Below, piece after piece: positions 22,001-32,448 of a stretch of DNA of 64,000 nucleotides. How positions within the stretch are numbered: the first letter of the stretch is position 1; every line of letters starts with the position of its first letter. A program made the position numbers and the translations under genes. Source of the stretch: Rhynchopus sp. YZ270_cl-10 (lineage: Eukaryota); NCBI GenBank assembly GCA_964035575.1, contig OZ037834.1, forward strand, positions 1,426,001-1,490,000. Direction: 5' to 3'. The notes below the pieces were generated by a model. That model was given only the letters and a program-made list of their open reading frames with translations, was not told the DNA's origin and did not search any database.

Positions 22001-24801
22001 TGGTGTTGTCTCGGTGGGGATGGCTGCGGGCTTGCCAGCATCTGTTGCTGCTGATACATAAACTGTTGCTGCTGCATCGCCATCTGATGGCGCATCTCCT
22101 GCAGTTCCATTTGTGACCGCATTTCTGATACTGCCGTCTGTTGTCCTCCTGAACCCTGTGTCAATAACGCAACCTGTTGTTCAGGGGTAAGTCCAGGGGT
22201 CAACCCGGAGAGGCCAGGGATTGCGATTTCCTCTTCTTCAATGGAGTCGTCTTCGCTTTCGGGGGTGGTAGTGGTGGCGGCCTGTTGTTTGCGGCGTTCT
22301 GCTCGTTCGCGAAGAGGTGACATAGAACGGCCCTGGCGGGTTTGGATGTCAACAAGCTTGATGTCCGGGATGACCTTATAATTGCTGGGTTTTTTGCGGT
22401 TGCAGTCCTTCAAAATGGCGGGTTTGGTTTTGACCTCAGTGCCCAACTCTGTGTTGGTGATGTGCTTGTAGATGTGGGGGAGGATTTTGAGGAAGCGGTG
22501 GCCGTCCATTTTGACCATGACAACAAGGAGGTCGAAGTTGTCGCGCATCTTGAGCCCAATCCAGATCTTGTCTTCGTCGGTGTAGATGTACAGCTTGGTG
22601 AGCTCTTTGATAGGAAGGAAACGGCGGATGCGTTGACCGTTCATAGCAATGATCGTGTTCTGGTTAAGGAAGAGCGTCCGCTTTGCTGACCAGTGGCCTT
22701 CGTTGACTTTGCGGACAGGTGCTGCAAAGAATATTGCCATCCTCTGCAGTCGTCCTGAGAGGGCCGGAAACCCCCGCATCTCAGCCTCGGACACGTAGCG
22801 TAAGTTCAGAATAGGGTCGATGCCGTTTTTGTAGCGCGCATCCTCCTTCGCATCCTCGTTGCGCTGCTTGATGCTCGCAGCAGTGCGCTCCCTCTCGAGC
22901 TTCTCCTTCTCCTTCTCCTTCTGCCGCTGCTTCTTCTTCGTCTCCTGCTTCCGCTTTGCAATCTCAGTGTTCTTTTGGATTGTGCTCAGCAGCGCAGAGT
23001 TCAGATTCAGCTGCGCCTGCGACGGCTGCGGTGGGGGGATGTTTGAGGAGAAGGAAAACGCTGTCGGGTAGGACGACAATGAGGGGAACTGGGTGCCGGG
23101 CTGTGGGTGCACCTGCAGTGGTGTTGGTGGGTAGGCGGTGTGCGGTGTCTGCGAGGGCATGGCGATGGGGTCAGGCTGCACGTACATTGGCTGTGGGGTG
23201 TGTGTTGGGAAGGCGGGACGCTGTGGTGGCGATGCCACCTCCTGCGGATATGCTGCAGGCACGTCTGGTGGCGATGCTACTGGCACAGATACGATCGACT
23301 GTATGGCAGGAAGGCTTTCCACTGTTGGCACCGGCACTGGTGCTGGCTGTGACACGTGCACGGGAGTGGGTGCTACAGATGGCGGCTCTGAAGGCGGCAC
23401 TGGGGCGACCACTGCAGGCTGTACTACAGGCTGGACAACGGGTTGAACAACGGGTTGTACGACAGGTTGTACGACAGGCTGCACAACTGGTACCACAGCA
23501 GGTGTCGGTGCTGCAACTGGTGTAGGGACGGTAACAGGCGCAGTCCCCACACTCCCCGTCAGACTCGCTCCACCCTCCGTCGCCAACTTCACATTCTTCT
23601 CCAACACCGGCGGCGCCTCCCCATCATCCAGCTGCAGGACATACGCCAGCCCTGCGCTGAACTGCTTCAGCTGCAACACCTTTCCCTGCCTGCCGTTGTA
23701 CTTCACCTGCGAGAGACTGTGTATCTCTAGTTTATCCCCCACTTTGTACTTCCCGGAGAGATCCGCAGCGGCAAGGTTCGTGTCGCGGATGGGGACGTCC
23801 TTCGGTTTGTTTGGCAGCTTCACGGTGTACGTCTTGCCATAGATGTTTTTGTCTTCCTTGGTGATGGTACCCTTGACACCGTTCAGGGTGGTGTCCTTCT
23901 TCAGGCCCTGCACTGTGACCGTGCTCCCTACCGCCATCGGCGCAACTGTGCACGTCGGGGGGAGCAGGTTCTCGACACGCCCTTCGATCTTGACCTTCAG
24001 GTGCTGCACACCGTTGCGCATCATGGTCCCCTCAACACGTCCTTGCTTGCCGTCAACAAGACCACCCGCGTTTCTGACAGTAACCAAGCACTGTTCGCTG
24101 GGAATCGGCCCACCTGTGGTGAGGATCTTCAAATTCTTGACATGAACTGGAAACTTCCCCAGCTCCTTCTGGTCATACGGTTTGAACCCCAATGATGCCA
24201 CACTCGATTTGTACGACGAAAACTCGCTTTCATTAATCTGCACCTTGGGCAGCTTCTTTGCCCCTGGGCTTGGGGTCTTGTACCCCACCACCATAGCTTT
24301 GCATCCGTTCAGACAGGCCAGCTTCTCTAGCCCCTGCAGCTGCACCATTCCCTTAATGAACACACCTGGGGTGTCACTGCTTGGCGCAGGGATGTCCTTC
24401 CCAAAGCGTTCCGAGGTGACCTTGAGGTGGAGATGGGGTGCACCTTGGCCTTCCTTCTTTTTGCCGTCTGTTTTGTCTGTGAGGGCGACGAAGGACTCCC
24501 AGGGAACGCCTTTGTACATGTCTGCGAGGTCTGCTGTGCCTTCTGCAACAGAGTTCCCACCCTTGGTGACCACTTTGATCTCTATCTTGGGGATCTCCTT
24601 CGTCGTGACATTGAGGAAGCGGAGGGTGTCGTTGTACTTCGGCGCAAGGTCGCCCTTCTCCGACAGATTCGTCTCCTTCGTTTTGTTCGCAAACTTCAAC
24701 TCAACCTTCACCTGACTTCCTCCTCCAAGAAGCTTCTTCTGCTCACGCAGATCCACAGCCTTCACCACCTCGACATTGACGTTCACTGCCGCAGCCGACA
24801 T
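19039..24801 (-). CDS. 1920-aa multidomain protein: C2, KOW/SH3-like repeats, Pro-rich region, PH-like domain, inactive metacaspase-like domain, Sel1-like repeat, Mib/HERC2-type repeat
   Basis: N-terminal C2 pattern (VEVVKAVDL..PKYNDTLRF); repeats GxxVxxxGL..NGxxG; metacaspase-like SRALFVG, PGDVLFLYLSGRG, LPKGVR..FVDAHP; Sel1-like GSFGIVQDEQAAVRYLTVAAQAGD. Confidence 0.75.
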   Translation of the reverse strand: MSAAAVNVNVEVVKAVDLREQKKLLGGGSQVKVELKFANKTKETNLSEKGDLAPKYNDTLRFLNVTTKEIPKIEIKVVTKGGNSVAEGTADLADMYKGVPWESFVALTDKTDGKKKEGQGAPHLHLKVTSERFGKDIPAPSSDTPGVFIKGMVQLQGLEKLACLNGCKAMVVGYKTPSPGAKKLPKVQINESEFSSYKSSVASLGFKPYDQKELGKFPVHVKNLKILTTGGPIPSEQCLVTVRNAGGLVDGKQGRVEGTMMRNGVQHLKVKIEGRVENLLPPTCTVAPMAVGSTVTVQGLKKDTTLNGVKGTITKEDKNIYGKTYTVKLPNKPKDVPIRDTNLAAADLSGKYKVGDKLEIHSLSQVKYNGRQGKVLQLKQFSAGLAYVLQLDDGEAPPVLEKNVKLATEGGASLTGSVGTAPVTVPTPVAAPTPAVVPVVQPVVQPVVQPVVQPVVQPVVQPAVVAPVPPSEPPSVAPTPVHVSQPAPVPVPTVESLPAIQSIVSVPVASPPDVPAAYPQEVASPPQRPAFPTHTPQPMYVQPDPIAMPSQTPHTAYPPTPLQVHPQPGTQFPSLSSYPTAFSFSSNIPPPQPSQAQLNLNSALLSTIQKNTEIAKRKQETKKKQRQKEKEKEKLERERTAASIKQRNEDAKEDARYKNGIDPILNLRYVSEAEMRGFPALSGRLQRMAIFFAAPVRKVNEGHWSAKRTLFLNQNTIIAMNGQRIRRFLPIKELTKLYIYTDEDKIWIGLKMRDNFDLLVVMVKMDGHRFLKILPHIYKHITNTELGTEVKTKPAILKDCNRKKPSNYKVIPDIKLVDIQTRQGRSMSPLRERAERRKQQAATTTTPESEDDSIEEEEIAIPGLSGLTPGLTPEQQVALLTQGSGGQQTAVSEMRSQMELQEMRHQMAMQQQQFMYQQQQMLASPQPSPPRQHQQQQQQPQHQPDSPTGPTAADYRQRITTLYHIHTPTKTPAEIEAILNQYLGAEHDLYESLLAKVRNSESLAPPAPASPRPASPTLPSPIPSPREVEPLVKIPGYSRALFVGAQGGGVEALSQWLTGQLRPTLRVLTSPTELVHQSVMGSVRWLGEGSRPGDVLFLYLSGRGDGSGLGLPGGGCVTATDLRVALLQDLPKGVRCVVFVDAHPATSIVSLQNRLVPGGRTASGLPGDAFEAEVVVISAAGGNIREAGCLTAAFLRIVQNVPVPSHNYLLTEMVAAFARQYGAAAPVPQIQSTTHIRGVAPFAVYGLPDDAPPSPGGSPHHSPHVSPQKFPEAAPSFSSVQQDTEKDEMVQVIQKSFAQADDPMHPNYVTAAGTVGAWLLEGSFGIVQDEQAAVRYLTVAAQAGDGPSIARLRRLGLDVNSPVQLSPIREPSPPPPLPVAPLDLPAHTVSNPTSTHSVVPAQSGNPEEARRIRGLLAAHFAAHAPQSLASVNSIIDEFRGREAQLLTLLRQRYPDGEWGDSTSTPPRPGSVVTVDADVAKVQAAVVASVSIAWAPQMTLYCGATGTVLAVDEANNVKVAFSDGRVNWWPAAVVTAETKERQEGPASHSLEAPIVRITLRMPVSDPMGLLAVTATLLSVEATELQLHPSQVTTQLRLRVMTTDQPALRVSRELVARCRDPMDTLRNALGAVSAEMETDDNDSRGLAMAGPPPPLTPLRVGPASVASASPPSAYGHSPSDKHEAAINELRSQVERLETRKKRPKRRSTSTSNAARKGYTGTPTRRGGGGAVSSPRRPVPGGKLADVHRTLYGAAALPAQHVASARDAAWEVMTHDERNREEERQATRLRFEETGRGEGGGGLQAPSSVASVPSAPRSRAAAARGLSPPRPLNSVGSVGGGGNGGSGGGGGAFSTALPPNAAQQLLTILDASSVGPGGGGGGGGGGSAKNIPSPAFDVQNLQDRANTQRSLNMFRQKEAARRH

Positions 24802-25474
24802 TGCAAACCCCTAAAAGAGAGAAGGAGGGAGGGGAGGAAAAAGAGGGAAGGGACCGAGCCTACTCTAAATCCGCTTTACTGAAGCGTCGTTACCATGGGT
24901 AGGAACGGGGTGGAGAGAAGGGGGTGGGTGTGGTTGTGTCTGTTTGGGGGGGTGCGTTACTTGAGTGGTGTAAAGTAGACGGTTGGGAAATGAAGGGGGT
25001 GGGTGTGAGGAGGAGGACGTCTTAAAGAAAGGAATAAGCGAAGTTGAAGGTACAAACGTCTCTGAGGAGGTAAGCACAGAGGAAAGAATAAGTGAAAATA
25101 AAAGGAACAAAAAAAAAAAGCGGCCACACTGCTCCGGCAGCGCTAACCGACGAAGTAGCCTTGTGATGAGAGAAGTACACAAAAAATTTTTAGAAAAAAT
25201 CGACAACTCAATGCCACGCTGTGCCTAGCAATATAAACAGAGAATACTTTTCGGTAAGATGAACCGAGGCTTCACTGTGTTGAGTCGCCGAAAAAGAAGA
25301 AAAAAAAAGGGTGCAAGCACCACTTCCAATCGTTTACTTTTTTGTTGGAATTCTAATCACATTGCAAAGTGAAAAAAAGACCCGCGATAATATAAGAGAA
25401 AAGGGGGCTAGACTTTATTATTCGCAACATATTTTATCTCAGAGACCTCACCTGGCGTAGCAAAGCTACTTAAA

Positions 25475-27683
25475 CTAGTTTACAGTATGTAGGGGTGGTT
25501 CTTGCGGAGAATCTGTCCCGAATATGGGCTGTGGGGCGTGGGTTTCAATTGCTGTCGGTTGTCCCTGCACATCCATCGCCTCCTGTGCCGGCTCATCCAC
25601 CGCCACCGTCAGAGCCTCGATTTCCTCTTCCATCAGACCAACAGACTTCGCCTCTGTGCTATCGGCAGGCGTAGTGCTGACAGTGCTGGGTGCCGTGGGT
25701 GTTGCCTGCTCTGTGTGTGGAACCCAGGACGCCCAGGTGGTGTGCATCTTTTCGTTGAGTTTGCGCTGCAGAACCGAAGCGAGGGCAGGGAGGTGGTCCA
25801 CAGCAGCGTCAGCAGCAACGTCGATGTCTGTATTTGTATTGGTGTTATTTTTTCGACAACCCTTTTCTCCTCTACAGAACCTAAAAAGAGACGTTGAAAG
25901 TGCAAACATCTCAGATGATAGGAATGGAAAAAGAAAAGAAAGAAAACTTGAAAGACTAATGTGTCTCTCGTGCACACACATTCGGAAGATAGTACGAGGA
26001 GGAAAACAAGAAACACAACACAACCCCCATACCCAAACACATCCGCACCGCATCTGGCAGCGAGACATCCTCACCTACCCCAAAAAGCAGCTTTGTTGCT
26101 GCGTGTGTGTCGAAGACGTCTGAGGGTGCACAGCCGTACCTCTCTAGCAGGGAAGGCAGCACCCCAGGTGTCACATGCATTGCAAAGGTGACGTCGGGAC
26201 GGGCAAAGAGGTGTGCAAGCATCAACATCTCCCTGGACACGGTGTGGTCCCCCAAACACCGTGCCCCAGCGACGACGACAATGTCCACCAGCCTCTTCCC
26301 TCCTCCCTCTGTTGCCAACCCGACCACCTTCCGACGCGCTTCGTCCACCACCCCAAGCGCCATCAGTCCTGCATCACCTTGCACAGCCCTCCCCACCGCC
26401 TCCACATGCACGCTGCCCTCCTCCCTTTCCATCACTGTGTCTGTGGTATCCCATCTCCGTTCGGACGCAGAACGGCACCCTTCACTGCTTGGCGAAGGTG
26501 AGCACGCATCGTCCGGGTGGCTGTGGTTCCTTCCAGCGAGCTCCATGGTGTGCGCTATCTCTAGGTTATCCACCACTTTGTACTTCCCGGAGAGATCCAC
26601 AGCGACTGCAACTGGTGTAGGGACGGTAACAGGCGCAGTCCCCACACTCCCCGTCAGACTCGCTCCACCCTCCGTCGCCAGCTTCACTTTCTTCTCCAAC
26701 ACCGGTAACACCTCCGCATCCAGCTGCAGGACATACGCCAGCCCCGTGCTGAACTGCTTCAGCTGCAACACCTTTCCCTGCCTGCCGTTGTACTTCACCT
26801 GCGAGGTACTGTGTATCTCTAGTTTATCCCCCACTTTGTACTTCCTGGAGTACCTCTTGTACGTCTTGCCGTAGATGTTTTTGTCTTTCTTGGTGATGGT
26901 ACACTTGACGCCGTTCAGGGTGGTGGCATTCTTCAGGCCCTGCACTGCGACCGTGCTCCCTACCGCCAAGCACTGTTCGCTGGGAATCGGCCCACCTGTG
27001 GTGAGGATCTTCAAATTCTTGACATGAACCGGAAACTTCCCCAGCTCCTTCTGGTCATACGACTTTAACCCCAATGATGCCACACTCGATTTGTACGACG
27101 AAAACTCGCTTTCATTGATTTTCACCCTCAGCAGCTTCTTTGCCCCTGGGCTTGGGGTTAGGTACCCCACCACCATCGCTTTGCAGCCGTTCAGACAGGC
27201 CAGCTTCTCTAGCCCCTGCAGCTGCACCATTCCCTTAATGAACACACCTGGGGTGTCACTGCTTGGCGCAGGGATGTCCTTCCCAAAGCGTTCCGAGGTG
27301 ACCTTGAGGTGGAGATGGGGTGCACCTTGGCCTTCCTTCTTTTTGCCGTCTGTTTTGTCTGTGAGGGCGACGAAGGACTCCCAGGGAACGCCTTTGTACA
27401 TGTCTGCGAGGTCTGCTGTGCCTTCTGCAACAGAGTTCCCGCCCTTGGTGACCACTTTGATCTCTATCTTGGGGGTCTCCTTCGTCGTGACATTGAGGAA
27501 GCGGAGGGTGTCGTTGTACTTCGGCGCAAGGTCGCCCTTCTCCGACAGAATCGTCTCCTTCGTTTCGTTCGCAAACTTCAACTCAACCTTCACCTGACTG
27601 CCTCCTCCAAGAAGCTTCTTCTGCTCACGCAGATCCACAGCCTTCACCACCTCGACATTGACGTTCACTGCCGCAGCCGACAT
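25475..27683 (-). CDS. Chimeric gene: 5' part copied from the 1920-aa gene, 3' part from the pseudo-exonuclease gene; exons 27683-26033, 25827-25475
   Basis: 27683-~26610 is near-identical to 24801-~23510 with internal deletions. ~26550-25500 is near-identical to ~31410-30280. The frame stays open across the junction and the copied intron. Confidence 0.7.
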
Positions 27684-27959
27684 TGCAAACCCCTAAAAGA
27701 GAGAAGGAGGGAGGGGAGGAAAAAGAGGGAAGGGACCGAGCCTACTCTAAATCCGCTTTACTGAAGCGTCGTTACCACACGGGTGTGTGTAGGGTTGCTT
27801 TTTGAGAGAAGATCTGGCGTTGTTTTAGTGTTAAAAAGAGGGAAGGGGGGGACGTTGAGGGGGAAAACAATGATATTGGAAATAGTGCACATTTCTAAGT
27901 GTTCTGACTCTATCGTTGAATGTTCTTTGACGGATGGAAAGACAAAAGAAATATAAAGG

Positions 27960-28075
27960 GAAGTTGAAAAGTGCAAAACGCCCCACCGTACACCGGCGGA
28001 CGCAGACACTGCTTCTCCACGGGGTTATCGAACCCCAGAGAGCACTTCATTGGCATGCATACGGTTACCACGAGG
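27960..28075 (-). repeat. Dispersed family E (also near 5970, 7118, 9310, 18655, 25892, 30678, 35257, 58411, 60846)
   Basis: Minus-strand (GGGUUCGAUAACCC)...GUGY-(A)CUGCGUC-[variable hairpin]-GGYGU-UUGCAC-U(A/U/G)UCAACUUC. Confidence 0.8.
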
Positions 28076-28672
28076 GAGGTTGTAAGGAACATAACCATTG
28101 CCCCAAATATAAAAATAAAATAAACTTGACATCGCAATGCTACGCTGTGCCTATAAACACATAACAATATGAATCGAGAATACTTTTCGGTAAGATGAAC
28201 CGAGGCTTCACTGTGTTGAGTCGCCGAAGAAGAAAAAAGCGTGCAGACACCATTTCCAATCGTTTGCTTTTTTTTGTTGGAATTCTAATCACATTGCAAA
28301 GTGAAAAAAAGACCCACGATGGGTAGTAGCTGGATTATTGTGATAATTGCCCATCATAACACATAATACACAATACAGCTATATTGTGATGTATATCATG
28401 TATTACGATAGAAAATCATCGCAATAGCCACCGCTAGCGATGGGGGGGGGTGGGTGGGAAAACCAGCACAACGGAAGTAATGGAGGTGCCCTGAGGACAA
28501 AAAATTCTATTTACTCAGTCCTATTCGCGGTCCTTGACCTCTCCCCCTTCCCCCCCAAAAGATGGGGTAAAGTACCACTTTATTTTGAACCATTTTTTCT
28601 GAAAATGGGGGTAAAGTTGGGGCGGTCAAGAACCGTGAATAGGACTGTTTATGTTAGTTATTCTTTTGTCTC

Positions 28673-31600
28673 TCACCTCCGCGCACCCACACGGCGCCGC
28701 TTTGGCTCGGGGCAGTCCAGCTCTCTCTCCTCCTCATCCCCCTTCACGCGAGGCACACCCTTCGCAAAGCGCTTGCACAGCACAGCACACCCCTTCTTCA
28801 CTATTTCAGGGTAGACGTGTTCAGCTCGCCACCCTGTTGCAAGCCAGCCTTCTTTAGGCACAGAGTTGGCCCGCCCACCGGAGAACACAGTAGTGAGGAG
28901 GTGTTGGGTGAGACGAAGAAAAGGGGGCGGCACGGCGACGGAGGGCTGGATGCGGAGGCGGGCGGCAACATCATTGACAAATGGCTCGATTAGCGCGATG
29001 CATTCGTTGTGCAGTGCCCTATCCTCCAGGATACGGAGCACCTCTGCAGACAGTCTCGGGGGTACTGTGGGTGGCTTTCGGAGGTACGGTGCGGTTGCCT
29101 GCTGTGAGTCCTCCTCCACCCACGCAAGACGGCCGCGCTCGCGGAGCACCTCACGCATCTTCACCACTAGCTTCGGCAAAAATCGCACCGCAAGCGCTGC
29201 ATGGCGGAGATACGGACCTGACAAAGGACGGCGACGGTATGCATCGTTCCTGATCTCATATCGACCCATATGCAATTGATGGTCTGTGAAGGGTTTAAGG
29301 TTGGAAGAGGGGAGGGGAGGAGAGAAAAGAAGTTTACACAATGGACTCCTTCTGGCAAAGGAGTGGGTTAAAAAGAGGGGAGGGGGGCAACCAACTCCCC
29401 CTTTTCAGAAGGGATTAAGTTGCCCTGTTCCCATAAGGAGTGAACCATGTCGTTAAGATGATCCTTAGCATGTTGTGTTTGGTGTTTAGAATTGTAGCAG
29501 GTGGAGGTAAAGAAAAGTGGTCAGAACAGTAAAGAATTTGATCAATATGATGAAATAACGACATACCCAAAAAAACGCTGACAACCTGTTGTATGGATGT
29601 GTTGCTTGTGCAGGGGTCTTCTTCTTCACGGATGTGGACAAATTTTGCGCATATTTCAGTGTCGAATATGAGTGCCGGGACTGTCCCATATGCACGAAAG
29701 ATCTGCTCCAGCTGTGCGGCTGCCCCGTGCACCGCGAAGGTGATGTCCTGTCTCCCAAAGAACGGCTGCATCTTCGGGGCCTTGGGGTCTGCCCTAAGCA
29801 AGATCGCATCCACCACGAACGTCATCTCCGCTATCTGTAGAGACATGAGGCACAGCTTCCGCGCAACCTTTACCCCAAGCCCTATCACCTGCGGGTTTGC
29901 CATGTCCACAGGGCCCACCGCTGCTACCATTTCTTCAAAGGCAGCTGCGTCTTTGACGTACGTACTGTGCGCCTCCTCGTGCACAGGAGCGTCCACCGGA
30001 GGGGGTGTCACATCCGGCACCGGAGGGGGTGTGACATCCGGAGGGGGTGTTGCCTGCACCCGAGGTACGTCCTGCACCACACTGTTCTGGACAGTGTCGG
30101 GGGAAAAGCACACCTCCTCGTCCTCGTCCTGGTCCTCTTCCTCACCTGGGAGGTCATCCTCTATGGGGCTGACCATCTGGAAGTCCTCTGCAAGGCTGGA
30201 GGTGCGGGTGAACGCAGGAATGGAGAGGGCAGGGAGGTGTGTGCTTGTGTTGGACGCCGCTGCCATCCGCCTCAGTGGTGGTTCTTGCGGAGAAGATGCC
30301 CTGGATAATGTGGGCTGTGGGGCGTGGGTTTCAATTGCTGTCGGATGTCCCTGCACATCCACCGCCTCCTGTGCCGGCTCATCCACCGCCACCGTCAGAG
30401 CCTCGATTTCCTCTTCCATCAGACCAACAGACTTCGCCTCTGTGCTATCGGCAGGCGTAGTGCTGGCAGTGCTGGGTGCCGTGGGTGTTGCCTGCTCTGT
30501 GTGTGGAACCCAGGACGCCCAGGTGGTGTGCATCTTTTCGTTGAGTTTGCGCTGCAGAACCGAAGCGAGGGCAGGGAGGTGGTCCACAGCAGCGTCAGCA
30601 GCAACGTCGATGTCTGTATTGTATTGGTGTTATTTTTTCGACAACCCTTTTCTCCTCTACAGAACCTAAAAAGAGACGTTGAAAGTGCAAACATCTCATC
30701 ATTGATGATAGGAATGGAAAAAGAAAAGAAACAAAACTTGAAAGATTAATGTGTCTCTCGAATGTGAAACGCGCACATCTCGACCTATTTGGTGAGGCGT
30801 GGCTCTGCAGCGCGGTTCGTCCCTAGAACCGCAAAAGTGTGTTCAAAATGCTTTGTTTATATTTCCTTCATCTCATGATGCGACAAAACAAGAAACACAA
30901 CACAACCCCCATACCCAAACACATCCGCACCGCATCTGGCAGCGAAACATCCTCACCTACCCCAAAAAGCAGCTTTGTTGCTGCGTGTGTATCGAAGACG
31001 TCTGAGGGTGCACAGCCGTACCTCTCTAGCAGGGAAGGCAACACCCCAGGTGTCACATGCATTGCAAAGGTGACGTCGGGACGGGCAAAGAGGTGTGCAA
31101 GCATCAACATCTCCCTGGACACGGTGTGGTCCCCCAAACACCGTGCCCCAGCGACGACAACAATGTCCACCAGCCTCTTCCCTCTTCCCTCTGTTGCCAA
31201 CCCGACCACCTTCCGACGCGCTTCGTCCACCACCCCGAGTGCCATCAGTCCTGCGGCACTGCGCACAGACATCCCCACCTCCTCCGCATACATGCTGCCC
31301 TCCTCCCTTTCCATCAGTATCCATCTCCGTTCGGACCCTTCACTGCTTGGCAACGGTGAGCACGCATTGTCCGGGTGGCTGTGGTTCCTTCCATTCGCAA
31401 GCTCCATGGTGTGCGGTGCACACACATTGTCGAGCACCGCGCTTTGAAGCGCCTTGCTCTCGGGGGTGCCCGCTAGGTGTCGATAAACATGCTCACAACG
31501 CCAAGGCAGTTCGCGGTAGTCCTCTGCAATACGACGGCACAGAACATCCACTGTGGGAACGCATCTGAGGGAAACGGAGATGGCACCAAGCATGTGGACG

Positions 31601-32268
31601 TAGCGGTGTTGCAGTTCGTGGTTCAGCGCAGCGCAACGATGCAGTCGTAATGCAGCCATTCTGCGTGACACACATTTCTTCATCGCATTCACCCTCTCAA
31701 CCACCTGAGTGGTGCGTTGATACCCTTTATCCCGCTTCTGAAGTTCCTGCATCGGCAGCAACCCTTTCCCGTCCATTTCCTTCCCATATGCCACAGCGTG
31801 CTGCGACTCTTGTTTGACCCATTCAATTCGCGTGTGGATCGTGTTCTGGATTTTGTGCGCTAGAGTGCAGATTGCCAATGTATCTTGTTTGTCCGCGTGT
31901 GCAAGAACGCCTTGTGGTGAGATGAGGGGTAAAGGTATGTCTGCAAAAGGGGCGCCAATTGTGTTGCACCAAATTTTGGAGGGATATGTGCCAAGAAAAC
32001 GTTCAAGGATCTGCACTGTGGTGATGTCGCGTACGCAGAAGGTGCAGCGCGCGGTGTTCAGGAAAGTTGCGAAGGGCCCTCCAACAAGGGGGTTGCTCAC
32101 GTCCACTACGAAGACGGCCTTCTGCAATAGCATCTCCACCACAAGGCCGTCGGACACATGCGTGCACAACACCACCGTCGCAGAGGCGGGTATAGCCTGC
32201 AACTTCCCTACCACATCCTCCCATTGTTGCAGACTCCTTGCCTGGTGGGTACAGACGCGCCCTTCCAT
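28673..32268 (-). CDS. Protein with up to three degenerate RNase D/EXD1-type 3'-5' exonuclease-like repeats and a C-terminal R3H-like motif; exons 32268-30915, 30613-29567, 29283-28673
   Basis: Repeated LFARPDVTFAMH..VFDTHAATKLL and FFGRQDITFAVH..IFDTEICAKF; YRRRPLS..LRHAALAVRFL resembles W.RPL...YAA.D; PPFLRLTQHLL is an RxxxH motif. Two phase-1 GT-AG introns. Confidence 0.65.
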
Positions 32269-32448
32269 CGTGCAGGGAGGGTGCCTGAATAGGGGTACTG
32301 TGGAGAATGGAGAAAATAAGAAAACGAGAAAAGCCATCATTTACGACACGCCCTATCTCCCCAAAGACAGTACCTACGTAGACCACCTCGGGCAGGTCCA
32401 GGGAGTGGTGTTGTCATAATCCACAATTTGTTAAAAAAAAGACCCACT

